DNA from: Candidatus Bathyarchaeota archaeon
GTDB lineage: Archaea > Thermoproteota > Bathyarchaeia > Bathyarchaeales > Bathycorpusculaceae
NCBI GenBank assembly: GCA_963782525.1
Contig: CAWAKC010000001.1
Location: 128,001 to 192,000, forward strand
DNA length: 64,000 nucleotides
Direction of reading: 5' to 3'
The translations under genes were made by a program, and so were the position numbers. The notes below the pieces were generated by a model, which saw only the letters and a list, made by a program, of their open reading frames with translations, had not been told where the DNA came from and searched no databases. Shown here one piece after another: positions 41,824 through 51,020 of this stretch. Positions within the stretch are counted from its first letter, which is position 1; each line of letters opens with the position of its first letter.

Positions 41824-42480
41824 CTAAGATTTTTCCAGATTCAAACTACCTTTAGATTGAACGACCATCCGCTTTAGCACTAAGGGAACAGCTAAATTCA
41901 CAGTGACAATCAACCCCAAAAAGCCATAGCGCACCCCACTCGCCAACGCTGCAGTGTCAACGAACACCTGAAAGTTCTGGGCACCCGCAACCAAATTCAT
42001 CACGCCCATACCCAACGTAAGTATCGTTACCGATAAAGCTGCATAAAAAGAGATTTTTTCTTTTAGCCTAAACAATAGAATGTACGAAAATACTAAGGTT
42101 GGACAATAAAATGTTGCAGCTCCTAATATGCCCCAGGGCCAACCTAGCGGATTAAGTTCGATGGAAGTTCGTGCTATATTTATGGCGTAGAACGTTGTTA
42201 GAACGTCAAAGAGCCAGAAACTCAGAGCTACACCCTGGAAAGAGAAGAGAAGGTTGCGCCATTTATTCTGCTTGTCTTTTTGTTCATGGTTTTTGTTTTT
42301 AAATTTAAAGATGATAATTTCACTTGCTGGGATAAGCATGATTAGTAGATACATTAACCCAAGCCAAGCATCACCGCCAACCAATAGGGCAGCTACGTTG
42401 AACACCCAGATTAAGGCCGTAGCAACCAGAAAGCCTTGAGCTAAACTCTTCAGTGACCCCATAAAACATCTTCTCCCCAA
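41824..42480 (-). CDS. Membrane protein (DUF5658-like)
   Basis: DVLTTFYA...ELNPL; ~6 TMs. Confidence 0.6.
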   Translation of the reverse strand: MGRRCFMGSLKSLAQGFLVATALIWVFNVAALLVGGDAWLGLMYLLIMLIPASEIIIFKFKNKNHEQKDKQNKWRNLLFSFQGVALSFWLFDVLTTFYAINIARTSIELNPLGWPWGILGAATFYCPTLVFSYILLFRLKEKISFYAALSVTILTLGMGVMNLVAGAQNFQVFVDTAALASGVRYGFLGLIVTVNLAVPLVLKRMVVQSKGSLNLEKS

Positions 42481-42619
42481 ATTATTCCAAGCACAAGATA
42501 CCTAAATAACCTTTATTCCCAAAACCACGGTCAGTGAGACTGTTGAACAACGGAACAATTATAGCCACCAAACCAAACGCTCTAAACAGGAGCAAACAAA
42601 ATAAAAAAAATCCTGATAA

Positions 42620-43050
42620 AGCGCAAAAAGAAAATCGCACTCATCGCCCACTACAATAAAAAACAAGATGATAGAGTGGGCAAAATACAACATCGGCACC
42701 TTAGAGAAACATCAGCTCTATGCAACAGGAACTACGGGCAGGATGCTGAAGAAGGAATTGGGTTAGACATCGCCATCTTGGAGTCGGGACCATTGGGCGA
42801 CGACCTACAAATCGGCGCCTGCATCGCCAAGAGAAAAATAAATTTTCTAATCTTCTTTGGGATTCGCTTGCCCAATTGCCGCATAACCCAGACGTAAAAG
42901 CGCTTCTGGGAGTGACCGCAGTATGGAACATCCCCCATAACCCGCAACCGCTCTTCAGCTGACTTTATTATTTCTTCACCGCTATGGAGCAAGAATACCA
43001 GCGCATCCTGCCAGACTACGACAGTTACAGGGAAAGCTTCAATCAATAAG
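42620..43050 (+). pseudogene. mgsA: Methylglyoxal synthase pseudogene
   Basis: [56 protein letters not shown] spread over several frames, with motif substitutions. Confidence 0.85.
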
Positions 43051-43141
43051 CGTTAACAACTTTTTTTATCTTGTTGAAAATTAAAAATGACGTAACAAAA
43101 CAAGATTATAGATTTAAGAATAAGAAAAATAAAAATTTGGT

Positions 43142-44005
43142 TTAAGCTTTAGGCTTAACCTTGTCTGCGACGGTGCTAAGGCTGGTCATTTCTGCGTTTG
43201 CTTTGCGTATGATGTCTGCGATGGTGTCTTTTGTGGGTATGGTTGCGCTTACGGATAAGGCGACTGCTTTCTGGTGAGCACGCTGCAATAATGGTTTGAT
43301 GGTGTCTTTGCTTGCGTAGCCTATTTCAAGGGCTAATGCGAAGGCTTCACCTTGGCTTGTTTGAACGGTCTTGCGTGTTGCGTCAACGTCAACTACAAGT
43401 TGGTCTCCGGTGATAATCATGCCGTTGTCGAAGACTGCACGCATGGATATGCCGAGTTCAACTGCTTTTATACCGAGTTTTGAGAGGACACCTGCCAAGC
43501 GTTCGTTGATGACTTCGCCCCTTCGGACGACCAAAGTGTCTTTGCTAATCCAGACGCTGCCGGATTCTATTCTTGTGGGTAAACCAACTGCGTTTAGTTG
43601 GCTGATGACTGGGCCGGGAGGCTGAGCGGTGTTTCCCGCTGGAATAACTACATCCATGGCGGCTATGTCGCCTGATTTTGCAGTTGTTTTTACTTTACCG
43701 CGTTCCAAAAGCAAAGCCAGTTTGAAGGGGTTAAGGTCAGTGAATAAGAAAACGTTGGATCCTTCCAAGTAAGCCTCAAGCTTCTTGAGCTCTGCCTGAT
43801 TCATTTCGTCTAAAGCGATTTTTATAAGTGTGTTCTTTAAGACGCGAAGGTAAACTTTGCCTTTCATGCCTTTTTTTAGTTCTTGGAGTTGGGAAGCGCG
43901 AACCTTCTTGAGACTGGCGATGCCGATGGATTTGTACTCTTTTAGTATGTCTTTTATTGCCTCGACTTCGGTTGATTTTGCTTCTAATACTTGTTGGGAC
44001 GGCAT
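43142..44005 (-). CDS. rpl10: 50S ribosomal protein uL10 (P0)
   Basis: RVLKNTL, NPFKL, AKSGDIA, PAGNT..PGP. Confidence 0.95.
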   Translation of the reverse strand: MPSQQVLEAKSTEVEAIKDILKEYKSIGIASLKKVRASQLQELKKGMKGKVYLRVLKNTLIKIALDEMNQAELKKLEAYLEGSNVFLFTDLNPFKLALLLERGKVKTTAKSGDIAAMDVVIPAGNTAQPPGPVISQLNAVGLPTRIESGSVWISKDTLVVRRGEVINERLAGVLSKLGIKAVELGISMRAVFDNGMIITGDQLVVDVDATRKTVQTSQGEAFALALEIGYASKDTIKPLLQRAHQKAVALSVSATIPTKDTIADIIRKANAEMTSLSTVADKVKPKA

Positions 44006-44019
44006 AGTTTTTCTTCTCT

Positions 44020-44691
44020 TTAAGCTTTAATTTTGACTGGTTCACCCATGGATGTCTTTATGAAAGCGTATTTTACGTTTTTCAAGCCACGCTTCAGTTT
44101 TCCATCCAAAACGCGGAGAACAGTCATGGTGTTATCAACTAGTTCTTCATCCTTCATCTGTTCGGAACCTACCGAAACTTGGATAATTGGTTGACTTCGC
44201 ATGCGTACAAGCACGGTTTTCCGATGCTTGTTTATAAGTGCTGTAAGATCAGCGTTCACTGGGACAGGAATGGGCATTTTGCCTCGTGGACCTAAAACTG
44301 GACCAAGAGTCCTACCTACTAGGGGCATCAGGGGAACTTCGCAGATGAAAACGTCATAGTCGCTGGCGATTTTACGCAGTTCCTTCTTCTTGCCAGTCAG
44401 GGCATCTAAGTCTGCGCGTTCAAGAACTTTGTCAGCTGTTGAATTCTTTGCTTTGGTAACGAAGTCGCCGCTAGAGGCAACAACACAGACCTTGTTGGGT
44501 TTACCGGTTACGTGTGGAAGCTCTACGACCTCTTGAATTTTGCCTTCTGGCGACTTCATATCGATCTCGACGATGTCAAGAATCAAATCTACAGTCTGGT
44601 TGAATTTTTTCTGACCAGACTTTGCCTTTGCCTGTTTAATTGCTTCTGTTATAGTCTTGTTGTCTAGGGGCATTTTTAAGCCTCGTGCCAT
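44020..44691 (-). CDS. rpl1: 50S ribosomal protein uL1
   Basis: KFNQTVDL, LGPVLGPRGKMP, KTSMG. Confidence 0.96.
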   Translation of the reverse strand: MARGLKMPLDNKTITEAIKQAKAKSGQKKFNQTVDLILDIVEIDMKSPEGKIQEVVELPHVTGKPNKVCVVASSGDFVTKAKNSTADKVLERADLDALTGKKKELRKIASDYDVFICEVPLMPLVGRTLGPVLGPRGKMPIPVPVNADLTALINKHRKTVLVRMRSQPIIQVSVGSEQMKDEELVDNTMTVLRVLDGKLKRGLKNVKYAFIKTSMGEPVKIKA

Positions 44692-44728
44692 TGAGAGATT
44701 TGAAACCCATTATAAAAATATTCGCTTA

Positions 44729-45220
44729 TCATTGTTCAGTACCGAATAGTTGTTCGTAGTTGCCAGCGTCGACTTCTTTCTGGACTTCTCTCGGGTCTTT
44801 GCCTTCTACTGTTACACCTAAACTAACGCAAGTACCAAGCAATTCTTTAGTTGCCTTTTTGAGGGTTGGTGCTAAAAGTTGAGGACCTTTAATTTTGGCT
44901 ATCTTCACCATCTGCTCCATGGTTAAGTCCCCGATTTTAACAGTGTTTGGGGTACCTGAGCCTTTCTCAACTTTGAGTTCAGCAACTAGAAGTGCAGATG
45001 CTGTAGGAGTGCCGACAGTTACCTCGAAGGTTTTATCTTCAGTATCAACGCTGATCTTTACTGGAACTTTCATTCCAGCGTATTCTTTTGTGATTTCGTT
45101 GATTTTATTGACAATAGCCACTATGTTTACGCCAAGTGGGCCAAGAGCTGGACCTAATGGAGGACCTGCATTGGCTTGTCCGCCGCTAACGATTAATTCT
45201 ACGACTTTTTTCTCTGACAT
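44729..45220 (-). CDS. rpl11: 50S ribosomal protein uL11
   Basis: GGQANAGPPLGPALGPLG, GMKVPV, GTCVSLG. Confidence 0.97.
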   Translation of the reverse strand: MSEKKVVELIVSGGQANAGPPLGPALGPLGVNIVAIVNKINEITKEYAGMKVPVKISVDTEDKTFEVTVGTPTASALLVAELKVEKGSGTPNTVKIGDLTMEQMVKIAKIKGPQLLAPTLKKATKELLGTCVSLGVTVEGKDPREVQKEVDAGNYEQLFGTEQ

Positions 45221-45236
45221 TTTTCTGTTTCACCGT

Positions 45237-45710
45237 TTATTTTGCTTTTTCAACTAATTTTACATAGTCTGAATGTACTGTGATGGGCAAAGTGAATGTT
45301 GCCTCGAGCAATTCGAGTGTAACTTCGCCTTTTGACTTGTCAAGTCTTGTGATTTTAGCGCGCATACCTTTGAATGGTCCACCGGTAATTTCGACAACAT
45401 CATCTTCGTTGAGGTCTTCCATGACTGGTTTACGCACTATGTACCGTTCAATTTCTGCGAAGCTTACGAGCCCCGGGATTCTTGAACGGACATGTCTGAC
45501 ACCTGTTATTGCTTCTTCCACCAGGTGTGGTCCATCTGCTTCGATGAACACGTAGCCTTTGAGGGTGTCAGGAACTAGAAGAGATTTTATGGGAATATGA
45601 GACATCTCAACTTTTGAAGCGATTAGGCGCGCTACGTTGCGTTCCTGACCTGTCGTTGTTTTCACAACGAATATTTTTACTTGCTGATTTGGCTCTTCTT
45701 TCGTGTTCAT
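45237..45710 (-). CDS. spt5: Transcription elongation factor Spt5/NusG
   Basis: KTTTGQE, LKGYVFIE, KOW motif VEITGGPFKG. Confidence 0.96.
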   Translation of the reverse strand: MNTKEEPNQQVKIFVVKTTTGQERNVARLIASKVEMSHIPIKSLLVPDTLKGYVFIEADGPHLVEEAITGVRHVRSRIPGLVSFAEIERYIVRKPVMEDLNEDDVVEITGGPFKGMRAKITRLDKSKGEVTLELLEATFTLPITVHSDYVKLVEKAK

Positions 45711-45721
45711 GACTTTGCCTT

Positions 45722-45901
45722 CTAAGCTGCTGTTGTAGGGCTAATTGCATAAGCTAAGATTTTAATTAAAAAACCGATTAAGCCGACCGCACCTATACCT
45801 AGTAGACTGATTTTTATCGAGAGCCAAAGCTCTTCACGTCCAGGTTTTATGGCGAGCTTTAAGGTTCTTCCTGCCTGTGTCAACCAATCTTTGATGCCCA
45901 T
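45722..45901 (-). CDS. secE: Protein translocase SecE/Sec61-gamma (59 aa, not in ORF track)
   Basis: RTLKLAIKPGREE...LGIGAVGLIGFLI; immediately upstream of spt5. Confidence 0.9.
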   Translation of the reverse strand: MGIKDWLTQAGRTLKLAIKPGREELWLSIKISLLGIGAVGLIGFLIKILAYAISPTTAA

Positions 45902-46008
45902 ATTTACCGCACACTCAAGATTTCACTGATATATAATAAATGTTACTGTAATATTTTAGTTTAAAAACTACGGTATTAACCCTTTTAAAGCTTCCCCAAA
46001 CAGGAATT

Positions 46009-46833
46009 TTAAACCTTCTTGAAGGGTAAACCAACGGTTTCTAAAGCTGAAAGCACGTTTTGTTTGTCTTCACTCTTGATTCCTTTCCAATCCAAAACAG
46101 CCAACTGCACTTTCCCCAGAGTCTTCTCAACACACTGAGATATCATTTTAGCATCTACTAGGTGGGCTGCGTACTTGGGAATCATGTGACCGAAAGCGAA
46201 TTCGCCGACCAAATCCATAACTGTGAACCTTTGGTTGTAGTGGGTTCCGCCTATGCCTAAAGCTATGGGACTGGTGTTTATCTTGAGGTTAGCGATTGAG
46301 TAAATTGCTGAGTGGGCAACGGCCTCTGCAGCCTTCAAATCACACCACTGAGCTGTAGAACTGCCTAACTCAATAAACATAGCTGGAACATCCAAGCTGG
46401 GTCCATGATGGGTACATTCAAACGATACTTCGTAATTTAGGTTTAACTTTTCTTTGTAGAACGTAAGCGCTTTTAGGGCATTCTGCATTGGATAAGCAGG
46501 TGAAACTGAAACTTTCCGGGGTAACCCGCCAAGTTCTGCATCTCCAAAGTTTCCAGGAACATGAACGGATAGAGTTGGTTTGCCACTTTGGCTGGCATGC
46601 CTTGAGATAAATACAATTAATTTTGCTGTTGGAAACTTTTTGGGTAAATCTTGGGCTTGAATGGACTCATCTTTTAAGGTTACAAGATTCAATGTTTTAC
46701 CATTCATCTCTCCTGCGTAGATGGGGCTACGCTGGAATGTTTTTGCAAGTTTGCGGAAGGGGTATTGGCTGAGGATTTGTTCTTTGATGTTTAAGCTTGC
46801 AATATCCTGCTTTGAGGCTACTAGGAGAATCAT
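46009..46833 (-). CDS. dtdA: D-aminoacyl-tRNA deacylase (DTD2)
   Basis: FISRHAS, SVHVPGN, ECTHHGP, FIELGS, GIGGTHY, GHMIPKY. Confidence 0.93.
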   Translation of the reverse strand: MILLVASKQDIASLNIKEQILSQYPFRKLAKTFQRSPIYAGEMNGKTLNLVTLKDESIQAQDLPKKFPTAKLIVFISRHASQSGKPTLSVHVPGNFGDAELGGLPRKVSVSPAYPMQNALKALTFYKEKLNLNYEVSFECTHHGPSLDVPAMFIELGSSTAQWCDLKAAEAVAHSAIYSIANLKINTSPIALGIGGTHYNQRFTVMDLVGEFAFGHMIPKYAAHLVDAKMISQCVEKTLGKVQLAVLDWKGIKSEDKQNVLSALETVGLPFKKV

Positions 46834-46962
46834 GGGGGTACTTCACATAACTTGTGAGCATTACCGTAAAAATGTTGTTAAACCAAGTTCCAATAATGTA
46901 ATGCGTTGTCATGCAATAAATTTAAATGCAATATGAAGCACTTACTAATTTAGGCACGAAGT

Positions 46963-47229
46963 ATGTCCCGAGCAAAAAAACGACAAGTCTGCTTCAGAAT
47001 TGAAGAATCAATAGTGGAAGAAATGGAGCAAATACGCAGCAAAACAGGCGTTCCGGTTAGCACCCAAATAGAACTACGATTGAAAGGCTTCACAATCGCC
47101 AATGCTCCGGAAAAAGGAAACCCTCATGAAATTTTGCGTATGTTCGCAAATATGGAAAAAAATGACGAATTAGCGGATAACATTGACCTAGCGGTAGAGG
47201 AAATGCGTAAAGGGCTGAAACTTCGCTAA
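46963..47229 (+). CDS. Putative antitoxin (RHH-like)
   Basis: RQVCFRI beta-strand then helices; stop overlaps the PIN toxin start (TAATG). Confidence 0.65.
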   Translation: MSRAKKRQVCFRIEESIVEEMEQIRSKTGVPVSTQIELRLKGFTIANAPEKGNPHEILRMFANMEKNDELADNIDLAVEEMRKGLKLR

Positions 47230-47628
47230 TGGTTTGTTTAGATACAACAATTCTAGCGGATCTAATTCGCAAGCAACCAGAGGCTAACAAAAAACTGAAA
47301 ATGCTATCTGAAGATAGCAAGGGCTTTTCTACTACTATTATAAACATCGCAGAACTTTTCTATGGGGCATACAAATCCAATAATGTCAAGCAAGGAAAAG
47401 ACGACATCAATTTAATTGTCAGTCGATTTGTCGTCTTTGAAATGGATGAAGTAGGTGCTGAGCGATATGGGCAAATTCGGAGTAACCTTTGGAAGATAGG
47501 TCAAATAATTCCAGATAGGGACATGACTATTGCGGCAATAGCCCTATCTAGTAGGAGAAAACGTCATAGTAACGAGAAACAAAAAGGATTTTGAACGAAT
47601 TCCGAATCTAACAGTTGAAACGTACTAG
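47229..47628 (+). CDS. vapC: VapC PIN-domain toxin (frameshift near 47552)
   Basis: CLDTTIL, AELFYG, DMTIAAIA; C-terminus IVTRNKKDFERIPNL in a shifted frame. Confidence 0.85.
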
Positions 47629-47701
47629 AGTTTAGAGCGCAAGTTTTTGCATAAAGCTTATAATTGCATGCTTGGTTCAGCGTATTGAAGGCACAGTAAA
47701 G

Positions 47702-48617
47702 ATGCATCTGATCAATTTCAAAGAATTAACAAGCTCTGACCTTGCTTCAATGGTTGATTTAGGCATAAAAGTTAAGCACAACCCTAAAAAATACCTCAAA
47801 ACATTCGAGGGAAAGTCAGCTGCATTGATTTTCCAGAAGACATCCACTCGTACTCGAGTATCCTTTGAAGTTGCCATGACGCAACTGGGCGGCCATGCGC
47901 TCTACATCGATTGGCGCACAACCAACTTCGCCTTAGCAGACATAATAGACGAGCTTCAATACCTATCACGCAACGTCGATTGCATAATGGCACGGTTACT
48001 TTGTGACGCAGACTTGCTCAAGATAGCTAAGGCTTCCCGTGTTCCAGTTATAAACGGCTGTGACGAGATGTATCATCCAAGCCAAGCCCTAGGCAGATTT
48101 AATCACCATCAAAGAAAAACACGGCAAACTTGAGGGTGCAAAACTCGTTTACATCGGCGTTCACAACAACGTCACTAACTCACTGATCGAAGGATGTACC
48201 AAAACAGGTGTCGAACTCACCACTGTAACGCCGATTTTTAATGAAGCAGCGAGAGATGACGAGCTGCTTTCGCAAGCTAAAAAAACGGGTCTTTGGCAAT
48301 CAACCTTGGATGCTAAGAAAGCTGTTGCCAACGCCGATTTCATTTACACGGACACATGGATTGATATGGAGTTTTTCACTGACCCCAAGTTTGCCGCTGA
48401 AAAAGAGAAGCGCATTAATCTCATGATGCCCTACCAAATCAATGCTGAGTTGCTCAAGAACAGCAACGCCTTTATCATGCATGATATGCCCATTCACCGT
48501 GGATACGAAATAAGTGCGGAAGCCATAGGGAGCCCGAAGTCAGTGATTTACGAGCAAGCAGAAAACAGGTTGTACGCAGCCAAAGCGGTTTTTCTCAAGT
48601 TAATGAGCCCTTTTTGA
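47702..48617 (+). CDS. argF: Ornithine carbamoyltransferase (+1 frameshift near 48092)
   Basis: STRTRVSF, INGCDEMYHPSQAL, YTDTW, MHDMP, QAENR. Confidence 0.88.
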
Positions 48618-48962
48618 AGTCATACATTAATTTGCTAATTGCAACTGCCGCAAGAAAAAAGCCGAGCACAAAAATAAGCTGTCCAATAGAAGGAAGAGGA
48701 AATACCGAGCGTGAAAGAAGAAGACACTGCTTCCCCATAACACTGTCTTCGTCTACTTGCTAAGAGAAGAAGAAAAAATTGGTGTTTTTCGGGAAAAAAT
48801 GATTTTTCTTCTTTTAACTTATGCAAATTTCCTATTGTGAGGCAAAAGTTAACTGGTAAAAGAAGAAGAGCAAAATTTTTTCCAACTTCTTCTTCTTTCA
48901 ACTTAGGTTCATCCGGTAGACTGAAAAGCCTCAAAGAACATTGTTGGTAATTATTCTGGGCC

Positions 48963-49403
48963 CTAAATCGGCTTTGTTCCCTTTCTGTAACCACACGAGT
49001 AGCAGTTTTCATCGTGAACGCAAACTGCATCTCCACAGTTTGGGCATCTATACTTTTCTTGTTGGTTTTTGAGGAATGTTTCCATGCCTTTGATTTTAAG
49101 TTCCTTCAGGTTCTCCACCATGCTCATGTTATAACGTTCGCGGTATCGCTTGTCGAGGTGTGCAAGGTTTTTGCAGGCCAATGTATCACATTGGGTGCAA
49201 GACTCGATTTCATGTTTTCTAAGTTTTGGGCAACCTCGAATTATATAGCAGTTTTTGGCTCTGGGAAGGCAGCCTGCGCAGTGAGTTACTTTGCCTCTTT
49301 TCGTTGGTACTCCATGGGTGTAAGCGAGGTAAGCTCTGCAGATTCCGCAGTTCATTCCGCAGGGAGCAATTAGTTCGGGCGTAAATTTGTTGGTTGACAT
49401 CAT
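48963..49403 (-). CDS. DUF3795 Cys-rich protein
   Basis: APCGMNCGIC, CAGC, C..C..C, CPNCG...CYSC. Confidence 0.85.
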   Translation of the reverse strand: MMSTNKFTPELIAPCGMNCGICRAYLAYTHGVPTKRGKVTHCAGCLPRAKNCYIIRGCPKLRKHEIESCTQCDTLACKNLAHLDKRYRERYNMSMVENLKELKIKGMETFLKNQQEKYRCPNCGDAVCVHDENCYSCGYRKGTKPI

Positions 49404-49467
49404 TTGGTATTAGACGAAAACGGTTTAATTGGTTTACGCTTTCTCAAGAATGGGAAGTGCTTTAAGG

Positions 49468-49507
49468 ATAATTCTTACTTGGCGTCGAAAATCCTTGACA
49501 ATTATTA
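49468..49507. repeat. Site A: core plus right arm of the 63-bp palindrome
   Basis: ATAA-TTCTTAC-TTGGCGTCGAAAAT-CCTTGACAATTATTA matches the right arm of site B. Confidence 0.8.
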
Positions 49508-49702
49508 CTCAGATGTACTCAAAGTCCTGCGCACAAATATGTTCTGCATAGATGCTATCGACTAATCATAGTGCCCAAATAGCGGATGTGCCGAGAAATT
49601 AAGTAGAGTCCCGTTAAAAAGTATGGGTATAAATAAAACGCTGAGTAAATAAAACTAGGTAACTAAGTTCTTAACTATGAAATCTAGTAACAAGGGAACA
49701 AC

Positions 49703-50107
49703 ATGGCAAAAAGTAGTGCGAAGAAAGATGAGTCTCCTTCACAGCTTATCGACGCAAGAATTCAAGAACTAGGCGACTGGCGCGGAGAAACGTTAGCCAA
49801 AGTGCGTCGCCTCATCGAGGAGGCCGACCCAGAAGTAGTTGAAGAGTGGAAATGGGTGAAACCAACAAACCCTGGGACTCCAGTCGGGTCTCACAACGGC
49901 GGCATCTGCACAGGGGAGACCTACAAGAGTTCGGTCAAACTCACGTTTTTCAAGGGTGATTCGCTGGAGGACCCTTCTCACCTTTTCAACCAGCCTGGGA
50001 CTGTCAGGCGAGCCATCGACATCCATGAGGGCGAGAAGATTGAGGAGGAAGCCTTCAAGACCCTCATTCGTGCTGCTGTGAAACTGAACGCTTCCAAATC
50101 TCGCTAG
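49703..50107 (+). CDS. DUF1801 (YdhG-like) protein
   Basis: LGDWRGETL..VR.LI.EADP.VVEEWKW, GETYK..VKLTFFKG, RRAID. Confidence 0.9.
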   Translation: MAKSSAKKDESPSQLIDARIQELGDWRGETLAKVRRLIEEADPEVVEEWKWVKPTNPGTPVGSHNGGICTGETYKSSVKLTFFKGDSLEDPSHLFNQPGTVRRAIDIHEGEKIEEEAFKTLIRAAVKLNASKSR

Positions 50108-50193
50108 TGCTAACGGCTTTAGATTGCCGAATTCGGTATTACTTTATTTTATTTAGATTTAATGACACAAAGTAATGGCTATGACACTCTCGC

Positions 50194-50256
50194 ATAATTA
50201 TCAATGGAATTTCCAACATAATTCTTAATTAGCGTCGAAAATTCCCTGATAATTAT
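50194..50256. repeat. Site B: 63-bp imperfect palindrome (28-bp arms, 7-bp spacer TTCTTAA)
   Basis: ATAATTATCAATGGAATTTCCAACATAA-TTCTTAA-TTAGCGTCGAAAATTCCCTGATAATTAT; 20/28 arm positions complementary by hand count. Confidence 0.85.
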
Positions 50257-50374
50257 TAGCGCAACGTGATAATGTTCATTCTAGACTTGTTATTATGATG
50301 TTAATCTCGCAGCTATTCATTGGTAAATTTCTTTAAACATAAAGATTTATTTAGTCTATATTATATATTGAGTC

Positions 50375-50890
50375 TTGGCATTGAATATGAGAGCTGCATT
50401 GTTAGCCCCAACATATCTTGCATTATCATGGGTCCTCACTGTCAGCTATCAACTTTTCACTGATACCGCAGTCAAGTCAATTGCAACAAATATCATTTTG
50501 TTCTGGCCAACTGTCGGTTCCTGGCTGAATTTTAATATTCAAACCATAGTTTTTGTTTACGCTTTCACATGGATTTTCGTCTTGTCATCGGTCATACCTT
50601 CAGCTATATTGGGAAAACAAAGAAGTACTCTCATTCAATATGCTGTTGTCTTAATGTTAACTTTGATAGCTTTTTTCATGGCCGATATCCTTCAAACAAT
50701 CGCAGGAATCCGAATCGAGCAGATATTGGGAGCAGCAGTCCTTCTCGAAAATCCCATTTTGGCAGGATTTTATTTGTCAGCACCCTTCCTATTTATGATT
50801 GGTTTAGATATTAATTCCAAGAAAAAGCGGATACAAGGAGAAATCGCTAAAAAAGAAATATTTTCTGAATGGGAAAAAACCAGACAATGA
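50375..50890 (+). CDS. Hypothetical 4-TM membrane protein
   Basis: 171-aa hydrophobic ORF; AT-rich. Confidence 0.7.
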   Translation: MALNMRAALLAPTYLALSWVLTVSYQLFTDTAVKSIATNIILFWPTVGSWLNFNIQTIVFVYAFTWIFVLSSVIPSAILGKQRSTLIQYAVVLMLTLIAFFMADILQTIAGIRIEQILGAAVLLENPILAGFYLSAPFLFMIGLDINSKKKRIQGEIAKKEIFSEWEKTRQ

Positions 50891-50967
50891 ATAGCTAATG
50901 TGAATTATTCTTACAGCTTAATGTCCTTTCCTTCAGCTTCGTTCGAACTGTCGCTTGAGCATTTGGA

Positions 50968-51007
50968 GCATAATTATCAAGGCAATTCCTAACATAATTC
51001 TTAATTA
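50968..51007. repeat. Site C: left arm plus core of the 63-bp palindrome, overlapping the probable ilvC promoter
   Basis: GCATAATTATCAAGGCAATTCCTAACATAA-TTCTTAA-TTA matches the left arm of B at 26/30 with an identical core. Confidence 0.85.
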
Positions 51008-51020
51008 TGCCATCTGATAA

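Noticed and set aside
48635-48960. 133-aa minus-strand ORF and a GAAGACA hairpin after argF
   Set aside because: Low-complexity intergenic sequence overlapping the DUF3795 gene, with no protein-like motifs.
49468-51007. CRISPR array interpretation of the repeated sites
   Set aside because: Spacing is ~750 bp with whole genes between copies, the outer copies are half-sites, and there are no cas genes.
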